From NCBI GenBank assembly GCA_026023565.1, contig JAPETS010000039.1:62001-126000 (forward strand): a stretch of DNA of 64,000 nt. Direction: 5' to 3'. Below the pieces are notes generated by a model. It ran no database searches, was not told the origin of the DNA, and saw only the letters and a program-made list of their open reading frames with translations. Shown piece after piece: positions 43,795-55,016 of the stretch. The position numbers were made by a program, and so were the translations under genes. Origin of the DNA: Cirrosporium novae-zelandiae (lineage: Eukaryota). Positions within the stretch are counted from its first letter, which is position 1; each line of letters begins with the position of its first letter.

Positions 43795-46291
43795 CGAAGT
43801 AAGGTTAGGAATTCAAATTGATTGGTTTGTTCGAGGAAGCCGACAAAATACCAGACACTGTTTCGCTTTCGTGGACCAATAAATGAGCACAATGAGGTCA
43901 TCATTTCCTAACCTATGGAAATACTAAGGTATTTATATCTTCTGCGCTCCATTGCTGGCCTTTCTGACGCGACGAGGTAGAGCTTTGGGCGTTATTGGTA
44001 TCGACGGCGGATCATGGAATAATGTAGTAATAGAGGGTAGGTGTAAAGGAAATTCTACTTACGAGATCTCATCAAGAACTATAAAACAGTTTCATTGATT
44101 TAAACCATTTGAATCTCAGGCGCCACAAGGCGGTCGAATCTCCTGTTAGTAGACTTGAGTTGTTTGTTGCAAATTCGTCTTTAGTAGAAGACCGTCTCTT
44201 CGCAATGCTCATAGAAAGTCTAGATCTAGAGCACAGACTGAATGCCAGCAAATTGCAACCTCAAACACAAATCTGCCATACCTTAGGCACATTCATGCAC
44301 AACTTTGCTGAAATCCAGTATTGGGGGATCACGGGAGTCACAAGCATAGTATTGGCGTCGGCAGGTGGGGCAAAGGAGTCCATCTAACCACGAACTGGGC
44401 CCCTCAAAAATATCGTCGGCTTCATGCTTTAAAGCTGAAGAAGGAATAAGGAATTTATCAACTAGATTGTTTCCCAATCTCTTGCAGCCCAGGAAGCAAG
44501 AAGAGCTCTAGCAACATGCCTGGATTAAGCTAGATTCGCTTGTCTCATTAAAGCCGACACTGCAAACTCGATATTGATTTCTTTACTTCACCTTGGAAAT
44601 TCGAGATGTTCACAAAAAGCTTCTATTGTCTTCCTGGTTGGAGAATATAGTTTAACTCGGACACAGCCATTAGCTCTTCTTCCCTGGTCATCTTCTTGGA
44701 TCATGCTTTTATCAACACGTTAACAAGGGGACCTATATAGAGTCAGTCATGTCACTGTTGCATGGGTAGTTGGTCTCAAGCCTACATCGCTACGACAGGA
44801 CGATAGAAACTCACTATACTAAGTTCTATCGATGAGTTCATTCATAGATAAGAGCTGTCGAGATAGTAATTCCTTATATTAGCGGCAAGAGATAGAAACC
44901 GTAACATGCTTCTTTTGATGTGACGTCGTTACTGCAAATCGAAGAGCTTACGAGCATCAGAAGTGAGTTAAGTTAGAAGAAGCAGAGAGCTTACATCATA
45001 ATCGTGCATCATTATACTTGGGGCGAATACTAGCAGCGATAGAAAATCAAGTTCCTAATCTCATTAATTTTAATATTGAGAAAAGCTGCAAGGTCTTGTA
45101 AATTCGTCTTAACAGAAAATAATGTAGCGTGGAGGATGAAGACTAAGGAGATGTCATGGAGTCGAAGGAAAGTTATTGCAAATCTCAAGAAGAGTGCGAC
45201 CCCAGTACTAGACTTGTGTTTCAATAAGCATTGTTGAACATGACATGTGGAATAGGGCTCCTAGAATACTCCTTGTCCACTTTCATAAAAATCCCTTCAT
45301 CTGGAAGCCTTTCTATAATGTAATTTCATCTAAGGAGGTGTATATATTACTTTAAGGAAAAACCGATAATTATATAGCCAGGCTATTCCTAATTTGCAAT
45401 GGCGCGTATCGGATAAAGTTGTATGTAATTGAACAATGTTCCTACAAATTCGTACTTATCTACCTAGGTACCTACCGAAGTGAACAATTAAAATGTAACA
45501 TGAAAGATTTAGTGATTCTAGTCATCCTCGATTGATGATAGTGATGATGGAGGGCTAAATCGTCCTAGTTGTATAGAGCTCAGTACTGTAGCGCCATGAC
45601 TGCGTGTGCCAATTTTCATGCCATTTGAGTGGACCGCTGCAATAGGTTGGGTTCATGTAGCTAGCTCTATGCAGAGGGCTACACGGAAGGGAGATGATAA
45701 GATGGAGAATTCTATATATGATATATGGTAGACGATGATAATGGGGATGACAACACGAAGATGCCAGAGGCTGTTTGTGTAAAGAGATATCTTACCTGCC
45801 ATGTAATAATAATCAAACCTATACAAATTATATTTCCACTTATTAATATATGCAGGTAGCTGCATGCATGTAGTCTGTCATTCTCTCCGTAAGTTATTTC
45901 TTACATTTAGATTTCTGGAATATGATGGGGCTTTTGTTCTCATGATGTAATGTTCTTCTCATCCTCCTATTCGCTGACTCTGATAATGGTATATCTAATA
46001 AGAAAGAAAACTGCTTTTTGGGGGGTCCTCTTGAACGCCTATTGTCGATGCCTTCAACCAAATAAGTACCTTAACTCCAGTTCATATTGTGCAGGGAGCC
46101 TTAATCTCCGATTCAAGGACCTGGTATGTATGCGAGGTATAGGTAAAATCCCTCCACATCACTTCATATCATTCGCTTAGTCGCATTATATTTGATGGGA
46201 CGACCAAGGAAAGTTAAATAGAGAATATTCAACAGGTTAAACGCGTAGAAGCGAAGCCTATTGTCATAGACAACCAAAGGCTCGACGCCAA

Positions 46292-47746
46292 TCACTGCTT
46301 GCTCACTAAAGCAGGGACTCGAGCCCCTGCTGGCACCATCGCAGGCCCCAACCCATGTCTGATTTCATCAAGCTGTTGCATTCCAGTCTGGTGCCCTCCT
46401 TTCTTGACTCTCTTCTTTCCAGATTTAGAATACCCGCCTAGGAAATCGTCCATGATGCTGTCAAAATCATTTCGGAGTTGGCCCGAGGATTGGAGTTCAG
46501 CGTGCGACATCGTCGATGCGCCTGTCATGTTTGAAATTTTGGACATGCTGGACATCTTGGACATGCCAGTCATACCACTGGCGAGAGATTCGTTGTCATC
46601 GAAACCATCATACTCGCCGTCTTCATTATACTCCTCTTCGATTTTGTCGAAGCGGTCGTCGAGAGTTCGGAGGCCTTCGGTTCGGAATAGCGAGGAGCTG
46701 GTCATCGAGTAGGATGATGCCGAGGTTAGGGCTCCTTTACGTTTCTTGTGCCGTGTTCCTCCTGCTGTCATGAAGGATGTTCCTGTTAAAATGGTGGAGG
46801 GGGCATTTGGGCTGGGGGATTTCTTCGAAGCCTTTTTGAATTTGGAGAATTCGACTAACCAGTCGCCATCCTGCACCGAAGCAGTACTTGAATCCGCTGG
46901 GGTGGATGATGTGGATTGTGCAGCAGGGTGTTCATCATCTGGTTTTGCGGTGACATCGGATTCCCAGCCATCATCTTCATCCTCAATGGGGGCCAAGGCT
47001 TCGAATTCGTCCTCATCGATTTCTTCTCCATCCTTTGAGAGTTCCTTGAAGATATCATCTTCGCCCCCATCGTCAATATAGGCCTCGTCGTTCAATGCCT
47101 CCAAGACTTCGCGGAGGCGAGGGTCCATATCTGGCTGGAAACCCGAGATTGCATCAGGAGTATCTTGTTGGTTTTGATAGGTGAGACGTTCAAGGTACTT
47201 AGATGGAAGAAGTGATTCATCCAGTTCGATCTTCTCCTTTTCTTTTTCTTTTTCTTCTTGTTCATCCCGGAGCGTCATTTGCTTTAATGCATCCTCCAGC
47301 TTCATCTTTTGCTTCCCCTTCCCTTTTCCATCCTTCACTGTGGCCTCAACAAAATATGCATCCCCACTCTGCCCAATCTCCCGCATATGCTGCATATAAT
47401 CATACTCGGTGTCATCATAGTAGATTCCATAATTCGCGGCCTCGCCTTCATTCTGTCTAATGTGCTGGACCTCATTGTCGCCTAGCTCTTCTTCAAGATC
47501 ATGGAGATGTTTGGATTTATTCGTGTTGGGAGCAGCAACTTCAGCAAAGACAAAAGAAGAGGCGGAGGCATCGTGAATTTTAGGATCGTTTTGAGCTCGA
47601 TGGAGGAGTTGGAAATTTGTAGCGGATTTTTTGTCACTGTGATTTTGATGGTGGGGTTAGTATAAGTTTGTAGGTGATTGGGAAGAATAGAATGGATGGT
47701 AGAGTGAAATGAGTGGAATGACCTACATCCACTTTCTTCGAGGCAT
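46292..47746 (-). CDS. LTV1: 40S biogenesis factor Ltv1, 2 exons
   Basis: MPRRKW..DKKSATNFQLLHRAQNDP, NEGEAANYGIYYDDTEYDYMQHMR, ISGFQPDMDPRLREVLEAL, SMTSSSLFRTEGLRTLDDRFDKIE. Confidence 0.92.
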
Positions 47747-48340
47747 CTTGATTAATTCTAAAATATGAATATATGGAAAGTTATCTAAGTCCGAAAGAGG
47801 AAACCTTGACGTTGTATCTAATTAGTAGATAATACTTTCTAGATAGACAGGTATTTGTTAATCTAAAATCTTGAAATTGGTGTTTGTGAGATAACGTCAC
47901 CGCCTTGTGTGGATCTAAAAGAAATTCTGCCGAGTCTAGGGGTCCTAGGGGCCCTTCTCGGTATCCCCTCATGCCCCTGCAAAGTTTCACCGCCCCAGCA
48001 AAACTCCAATCGGGTTCAAGTAACGCCCAAACTAACTTGTACTTTTACCAAAACCAGTTGTACCAGTCTTCTTGGACTTCAATGTGCTGTCCCTTATGCT
48101 CTTTCACCAATTTCTTTACCCCCCCAGTGCCCTCTCCCCAGTCCCAACCATCTTTAGCACAGCATAATTCAGCAATGGGCTCTCCCAGTTCACGACCAGT
48201 GGGAGATGCATATTTGCTGTTGTTTGTACAACTATCATCACATACTGCACCCCCTATAATGCATTAAACGCATACCGACCTAATATCCGTCATCGTCCAT
48301 TTTGATTTGTTCTCATTGTTCTCCCTTCCCTCCCTTAAGA

Positions 48341-51256
48341 ATGTCGCTGAATGGACGAATGAGGACTCTTACTCCCTCATTTGTCCATCTTTTCCTCCTT
48401 GCCAGCTGGTTTTTCTGGCATGGAAATGCCTTGGTACATCCCGGGTCATCTTCTCCATCATTCTCTTCGTCCTTATCATTAAGCCTTGATTTTGAGAAAT
48501 CGGTTTCGGTTTGTCCGAGTAGGACCGTGAATTATATTACACATACCTTGCCACAACAATGCCTAAGGACCGATTGGACGGCAAGTGGAGGGAGTAATAC
48601 AACAGTACAAACGACGTCCGAATCTAGGGCTTCCTCGGAGTTTATATCGTCTACCAACGAACCTCAACAAGGATCTCCCAGTCATGGCTCCACTAGTGGA
48701 GTGACTACCATACCGACAGAACTTACGGAGACCGCTTCTTCTACCCAACCTGTCTCATCTACCTTCGAAGATCACTCCATAGGATCCCAACCCTCCTCCG
48801 CTGAGGCCACTACCTCACCTATTTCCCAGGAACTCCCTACATCTACACCCTCCAACCCCGAGCTAGATACTGATTCTCCCCTCGATGATGCCAATTTTCT
48901 ATCATTCGAAGAATGGAAAAAGCAGAACCTAGCGAAAGTAGGACAATCGGCAGAGAATGTTGGCAGTGGCCGAGGGTCATCAGAACCCAGACGAAGGCCT
49001 TCTAGTATTAACAATGCGCTGGATACGCTAGGAGAAGATGGGGAAATAGATTTTGACTTTAGCGGGTTTGGGAAGCCCGATGACACAGAGACAACATATC
49101 TTTCAACCCAAGGGCAAGAAAAGGATGTACAAACAGATAACGTCGAGAATATCGATTCAAAAGGCTTAGCATCCGATGTGAGGGTCCGGAGTAAAGATGC
49201 CGGGAAGACTTGCAAGGAACGGTTCAATTATGCGTCATTTGACTGTGCAGCGACTGTTTTGAAGACAAATCCTGAATCCAAGGGCTCTTCGGCTGTCTTG
49301 GTAGAGAATAAAGACCATTATATGTTGAACAAATGCTCCGCGAAGAACAAGTTCATGATTGTGGAATTATGTGATGATATTCTGATCGATACCTTAGTGT
49401 TGGCAAATTTCGAATTCTTCAGTTCAATATTCCGCACCTTCAAAGTTAGCGTTTCAGATCGCTATCCAGTCAAATCAAACAAGTGGAAAGAGTTGGGAAC
49501 TTTTGAGGCAAGAAACACGCGCCAAGTCCAAGCCTTCTTGGTTGAGAACCCTTTGATCTGGGCGAGGTTTCTGAAGATAGAGTTTCTTACGCATTATGGT
49601 AACGAGTTTTATTGTCCACTTAGTCTACTTCGGGTTCATGGAAAGACCATGATGGAGGAATTTCGACATGAAGGCGAGATTGCCCGGGGTGAAATAGAAA
49701 ATGAAGAAGGAGAAGAGAGTATAGAGGCTGGTGAAACTATTTCCCAGGAGGCAGAAGTAGTTGTTGCACCCTTGAAAGACGAGGGCAAGCCTCTATTAAC
49801 TTTATCGCCATCAATCGAACCATCGGAGACGACTCCCAAAGCAACTGTCGGTTCTTCTACTACCCCTACGTCCCCGAAAGAGCCAGAAGAGAATCAAACT
49901 CAACAGGAAGCCAATTCAACAACTATCAAATATTGTATTGTTGAGCGGTCGCTCTTACTTGTCCCTACGGCAGTCAAAACTACGTGTGGACTTTATGATG
50001 GCGAGAGTTTACAGTCCATCAATCAAGATCCGGCAATACACACCTACCAGACAGAATCCGTTGTAGATACTACTTCCAGAAATTCGGACACTAGCTCGTC
50101 GCATAAGAATATTACCTCACCTGTTACGTCTCAGGTCACTAACCCGCATATTAATACGATGTCTAGTAGCCCTAGTACTGGGTCTACTTCTCACCCTCAG
50201 AACATTTCTGACAGCAGCAGCGTAGTATCAACAAATGGAGGAACTCCATCCAAACAGGCGGAAAATGCAACCCAGGATTCAATAAAATTATCCTCGACGC
50301 AACCTGCTATGGCAGCTCCTACAACACAGGAAAGCTTCTTCAAGTCAATACACAAGCGCCTTCAATTATTAGAAAGCAACTCTACTCTTTCGCTTCAATA
50401 TATTGAAGAACAGTCACGAATACTTCGAGATGCCTTCAGAGAAGTTGAAAAGAGACAACTGGCAAAGACTTCAGCATTCCTAGAGAATCTGAATCAAACT
50501 GTGCTTACTGAATTACGAGATTTCCGGCTACAATATGACCAGATATGGCAGTCTACTGTCATTGAGTTGGAGACCCAGCGAGAACAGACTCGTCAAGAGT
50601 TGGTCCTTTTTAGTAGTCGTTTAACAATGCTTGCTGATGAGGTTGTATTTCAAAAAAGGATGTCTATTATTCAATCAATATTAGTACTTCTCTGTATTGG
50701 TCTCACACTATTTGCCAGGAGTCCAAACGAGTACCTCGAACTGCCAATTGTTCAAAATATATTGTCGAGATCGCAAGGCAGCTTCCGCCTACGTTCTTAT
50801 GACATTGGTAGCCCTCCAAGCAGTCCTGATTCACGCAGTCGAAGCCCTCCTTGGACAGGACGAAAATTAGCGTTCTTCAAAACCCGTCGGAGGGGTCTAC
50901 TAGGCGATTCACAAGACAGTGTCCCGAGTCCAAACATTGAATACCAACCGCCAACTCCGACTTCGGAACCTGCTGACTCTGATGTTGATGTTCATCCATC
51001 TCGAAGTGATAGCCCTGAACCAGCTTCTCCAACTAGAGAGGTCCAGAGTAGTCCAGCGACACCTCGAGGCACGGAAGTTATACACAATGACCCATTTTGG
51101 TCAGACACACATGATGATCCTCCACCTAGTATCCTCAAAGCAGCTCATAGCTTAGGGGTACTCCGAGCACAGAGTCCGTTACGTCAATCTGAGCAGGTTG
51201 AATCTCAAAAAATGGAGGGTTCCTCGGATGAGGAAATAGGCACCCTAGATGAATAG
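48341..51256 (+). CDS. SLP1: Mid-SUN-domain ER membrane protein Slp1 (Sad1/UNC), intronless
   Basis: Signal-like N-terminus, FLSFEEWKK, KERFNYASFDCAA, IVELCDDILIDT, ANFEFFSS, YGNEFYCPLSLLRVHG, QESFFKSIHKRL..LESNSTLSLQYIEEQS, and a C-terminal TM helix. Confidence 0.9.
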   Translation: MSLNGRMRTLTPSFVHLFLLASWFFWHGNALVHPGSSSPSFSSSLSLSLDFEKSVSVCPSRTVNYITHTLPQQCLRTDWTASGGSNTTVQTTSESRASSEFISSTNEPQQGSPSHGSTSGVTTIPTELTETASSTQPVSSTFEDHSIGSQPSSAEATTSPISQELPTSTPSNPELDTDSPLDDANFLSFEEWKKQNLAKVGQSAENVGSGRGSSEPRRRPSSINNALDTLGEDGEIDFDFSGFGKPDDTETTYLSTQGQEKDVQTDNVENIDSKGLASDVRVRSKDAGKTCKERFNYASFDCAATVLKTNPESKGSSAVLVENKDHYMLNKCSAKNKFMIVELCDDILIDTLVLANFEFFSSIFRTFKVSVSDRYPVKSNKWKELGTFEARNTRQVQAFLVENPLIWARFLKIEFLTHYGNEFYCPLSLLRVHGKTMMEEFRHEGEIARGEIENEEGEESIEAGETISQEAEVVVAPLKDEGKPLLTLSPSIEPSETTPKATVGSSTTPTSPKEPEENQTQQEANSTTIKYCIVERSLLLVPTAVKTTCGLYDGESLQSINQDPAIHTYQTESVVDTTSRNSDTSSSHKNITSPVTSQVTNPHINTMSSSPSTGSTSHPQNISDSSSVVSTNGGTPSKQAENATQDSIKLSSTQPAMAAPTTQESFFKSIHKRLQLLESNSTLSLQYIEEQSRILRDAFREVEKRQLAKTSAFLENLNQTVLTELRDFRLQYDQIWQSTVIELETQREQTRQELVLFSSRLTMLADEVVFQKRMSIIQSILVLLCIGLTLFARSPNEYLELPIVQNILSRSQGSFRLRSYDIGSPPSSPDSRSRSPPWTGRKLAFFKTRRRGLLGDSQDSVPSPNIEYQPPTPTSEPADSDVDVHPSRSDSPEPASPTREVQSSPATPRGTEVIHNDPFWSDTHDDPPPSILKAAHSLGVLRAQSPLRQSEQVESQKMEGSSDEEIGTLDE

Positions 51257-51904
51257 GTCTACTTTGGAGAAGGAAATAAATAAGCGCTTATTGTTACATC
51301 ATAAAGATGTTTGATGACTTATGAATATTGTATTTGGAATTGTGAATTAGTTTGGATTTTGGAGTAGAGGGAAAACCCACTTTCAAATGGAGGAGTTGCT
51401 ACTTCCTTCAAGGATACCACTGAGCGAGGTTAATAAAAAAGATGGTAGAGGACAGACTAGAAAGTGCCTGCGGCTTCTGTATATCAGATGGCGGATACTT
51501 GTCAAGTGGCGTTTATTATATACTGGATACTTTCTACTGCCACCTTTACCTAATCTAAATGTTTTTAATATTCTCAGAAAAGAAATTTAAGAAAGTTGTA
51601 AATTCATAACCAGTCCTCTATTCCAGAAGTACTAGAGTCTATAGTAGGGTGTTATGGGTGCTCTGTGCTAAGCGTGCTAATAGTGATCGCCAACAGAACT
51701 CAAACCCTGTGACGTCAATTAATAATTTTTGTCGTCGCAACGGGCAACCATTGTTTACAGCTTACTTTTTACATATATTACACAGCACTTACCTTCTGCA
51801 CAGAGAAATAGTATATCCCTTGACACATAATCAAATACCTTTGCACTCGAAGCATACCCTTTAATTAGTGCTTTTGTGATTCTCAATTCATAACTTTGAA
51901 TATC

Positions 51905-52369
51905 ATGTCTTCCACAGTCCTCGCCGATCGCTCTACAAACAGCCCAACCAAGAAGCCTTTAGTCGATGCCAAACCTATGAAAGGGGATGGACCAAAGAGC
52001 ATGGAATATCATCGACAAATGCTTCAAGCGCGTCTGGCAGAACAAAGGTATGATGGTTAAACACAATTAAAAATGAATCAAAAATACTAATAGAGAATTA
52101 TAGGGAGCAACCTCCAGCCTATATTTCTCCGTCTGATGATATAATGTCTCCCTGCACCAAGAAGCTGTCTGCCTACAAGGATAAGCAGCTTAAGAAGTGA
52201 GTAGTTGCGCATAATCCACGGTGCTTAGAGTACTAATAACTGGATTCATTACAGAGCAAGACCAAATTCTCTTTTCGCCAAGGCGTCCAGCAATTCGGCG
52301 AACAATGCGCGTGGCAAAAACCTCTTTGCCAACATCAGACCTTCCAGTAATTCAAATGAAAGCAAGTAG
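51905..52369 (+). CDS. SPO12: Spo12-family protein, 3 exons (absent from the ORF track)
   Basis: Spliced product MSSTVLADRSTN..PKSMEYHRQMLQARL..AYISPSDDIMSPCTKKLSAYK..ARPNSLFAK, containing the Spo12 SPSD..MSPCT.KL motif. Confidence 0.85.
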
Positions 52370-53030
52370 AGGAGGATATGGTTTTAATAGCTTTCTTCAA
52401 GCCTTGGGTAGACTTGATGGCGTTCTTCGGTTACGACTACTATTCCCATACTTTATGCCTTTGTACGATGGGTTCAAGCTTTGATGGAAGTTCCGGTATG
52501 ATGGTTATTATGGTAAATGGGCGCTTGGTGGATAAATAATGGATACTGTCTTATTGTTTATACAGGGAATGAATGGCTACTATGAGGGCAAGAACTTTTT
52601 GAGAGGAATACCACCGGGATAAAACAGGAATAGAATAGATTACTTAATTCTCGAGTTCCCGTCAGGAGATCTCGTTAGAAAGTTGAGGTATCTAATTGTT
52701 CGGGTCTCATATATATACATATTCGTTACATCCCACTAACCGGGCTAGATATAATGATATCCAATTCCAAATCCAAAATCTCTATTTAATATTTCTCCGC
52801 TTTCTCATCAGAAATCGTATCGATTGGTTCAATAGTGTGTTTGTTTGACTCCGTGTGTAATCCTCGAGCCAACATTCCGAGGTCAATAAAGATCGGGCCG
52901 AAGCAGAATGTAGGGCTGAGTACTTAGGTACTGTACCTAGGTAAGTTCTAACGTCAGGTTCCCAAAAAGTTGGGACTATTAACCCAAATATTTTAATAGT
53001 AGAACTGCTAAACTCACCACTACGATCACC

Positions 53031-53813
53031 ATGTTCGTCACAACTAACAGCCGCTGGCGTGCCCTTCAAACCCGCTGTCCATCCTCCAAATCAGCCTTCG
53101 TCTACGCCGTCCTTACAACACGCATATACTGTCGACCAACATGCCCTGCTCGTCTTGCCCGTCGAGCCAATGTGGTGTTCTATGATACAGCAGCAGCAGC
53201 CAGCGCACATGGGTTTAGAGCCTGCAAACGTTGCAAGCCAGAACAGAATCAGATTACAAACAATGAACAAGTGCTGGAAAGAACTATAACAAGAGCCTGC
53301 AGACTTATGGAGGAAGCCGAGGGATCAGTGGGAACGAAGGATCTTGCTGCGATGGTAGGCTTGTCTCCGAGGTATTTTCATGAAGTTTTTAAGAAAGTGG
53401 TTGGAGTGACGCCGGGTGCGTATGCCGAGCAACTCAAGCAGAAGAAGAATCAGATAACAGACAACGTTGATGGGGAGGAACCTCGACAGGGCAATTCCGT
53501 TTCCGAATACTTGGTGGACGTGGATAACAATATCCCAAGTAACCTCCTGCTTAACAATGTGATTCCTACAGCTGGTTCTGGGACTTTACGAAATCTTTTA
53601 CCGATGCCTGACCACCAACCTCCAGACCCGAACCATATTTTCCAGACAACAGAGCGTGACCCTAAAATTTTCCCCTGGAGCAATACCACATTAATTCCAG
53701 AGATGGGGTCATGGGCGTCCACTTCCAGCTCCATAAAGGACCAGACTACCGTTGACGCATTGCTTGCTGAATATTCTTCTCTATTCGAAATGGAAGAAAC
53801 AACGGAAAAGTGA
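53031..53813 (+). CDS. adaA: Ada-type methylphosphotriester-DNA methyltransferase / AraC-HTH regulator (AdaA/Mpt-like), intronless
   Basis: RWRAL..FVYAVLTTRIYCRPTCPAR..NVVFY..GFRACKRCKP keeps all four Ada zinc Cys, followed by the HTH LAAMVGLSPRYFHEVFKKVVGVTPGAY. Confidence 0.9.
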   Translation: MFVTTNSRWRALQTRCPSSKSAFVYAVLTTRIYCRPTCPARLARRANVVFYDTAAAASAHGFRACKRCKPEQNQITNNEQVLERTITRACRLMEEAEGSVGTKDLAAMVGLSPRYFHEVFKKVVGVTPGAYAEQLKQKKNQITDNVDGEEPRQGNSVSEYLVDVDNNIPSNLLLNNVIPTAGSGTLRNLLPMPDHQPPDPNHIFQTTERDPKIFPWSNTTLIPEMGSWASTSSSIKDQTTVDALLAEYSSLFEMEETTEK

Positions 53814-54318
53814 TTGTTCAACTTCTAAGTGTTAACGACAAACATACCAAGAATACTTTCCACAAAGCGCTTGCTAGCAAGAAGATTTTGCTACTTTGTT
53901 GTCGAACTACAAGCCGACGGGGAACTCATTCGCCACATCTTTTATATCCAACATCTTTGTAATATCCATCGATGTAATTAATAAAAATATACTTTAGCCA
54001 AGAAAAGGTGAGAGGGGCCTAGAGCCTAATAGATAGAACTTATTGACAGAAACCAGACCCTCTAATTGGTTACTTCCAAAGCAGCCCTAAGCTCCGATTG
54101 GTCACTTCTACGGCAGCAGTAGCTTACCATATCAACTCAAATCCACCTATGATCAATATTACTGAAGATATTATATATATAAGTAGTCCTCTTTTTGCCA
54201 GGTTTTCCTTCTTCATTTTCTTCAAGGAACGGAGTGAATTGGGTTTTGATGTATATATATATATAACAATCCTTACCACGGTTCTTGAAAATATTTAATA
54301 TCGATCGATCAAATAATA

Positions 54319-55016
54319 ATGGAGGCTACAACGAAAGTTACACCATACCAAGAAGTAGGTATAAAAACCAATAAATTGATTCTATTCTTACCTTCCTTCC
54401 CTCATCATCATCATTATCATCATCATATCATTACACTCTCTTTTCTTACTTACATACTATCTATCTACATTAAATTTCCTAACAAACTCTTACCTCTCAA
54501 GCGCGTCTACACCCTCCTCCTCCAAATCCCATCCGGAAAGATAAGCTCTTATGCAGCTTTGGCAAGGGCCTTGAATTCATCCCCAAGAGCGGTTGGGGGA
54601 GCTTTGAGACGGAATCCGTTTGCGCCGGAGGTTCCTTGTCATAGGATTATTTCTGCGAATGGGGTATGTATGTTATGTGTTTATATATGTGTTTTTGTGT
54701 GTAGAAGAAGAAGTCCCACATTCCTTCCATCATGAATCTCTCAAGATGATAAAAAATAACACTAACCTTGTTCCTTCCCATATAGTACGTCGGTGGTTTC
54801 CAAGGAGATTGGCAAAAAGCCCCCAGTGGTATAAACACAGAAAAAAAATTAGGCCTGTTGAAATCCGAAGGGGTCGAGTTTGATGGGAATGGGATGCTGG
54901 TTGATAAAGGTTGTTGGTGGGATTCTTTTGATGTTGGGGGGGTTAAAAAAATGGGTGAAGAGAAGGAGGAGGGGGAAGAGGGGCTAGAAGTAAAGACATT
55001 TGAGGGTAGGATTTAG
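54319..55016 (+). CDS. agt: O6-alkylguanine-DNA alkyltransferase (MGMT/Ogt C-terminal domain type), 3 exons
   Basis: Exons 54319-54354, 54502-54663 and 54786-55016 give VTPYQERVYTLLLQIPSGKISSYAALARALNSSPRAVGGALRRNPFAPEVPCHRIISANGYVGGF..KLGLLKSEGVEF. The active-site PCHR is intact. Confidence 0.88.

Noticed and set aside
52652..52674. Short hairpin cgagttccc-gtca-ggagatctcg resembling a tRNA 3' end
   Set aside because: No D-arm, anticodon arm or acceptor-stem partner; not a tRNA.
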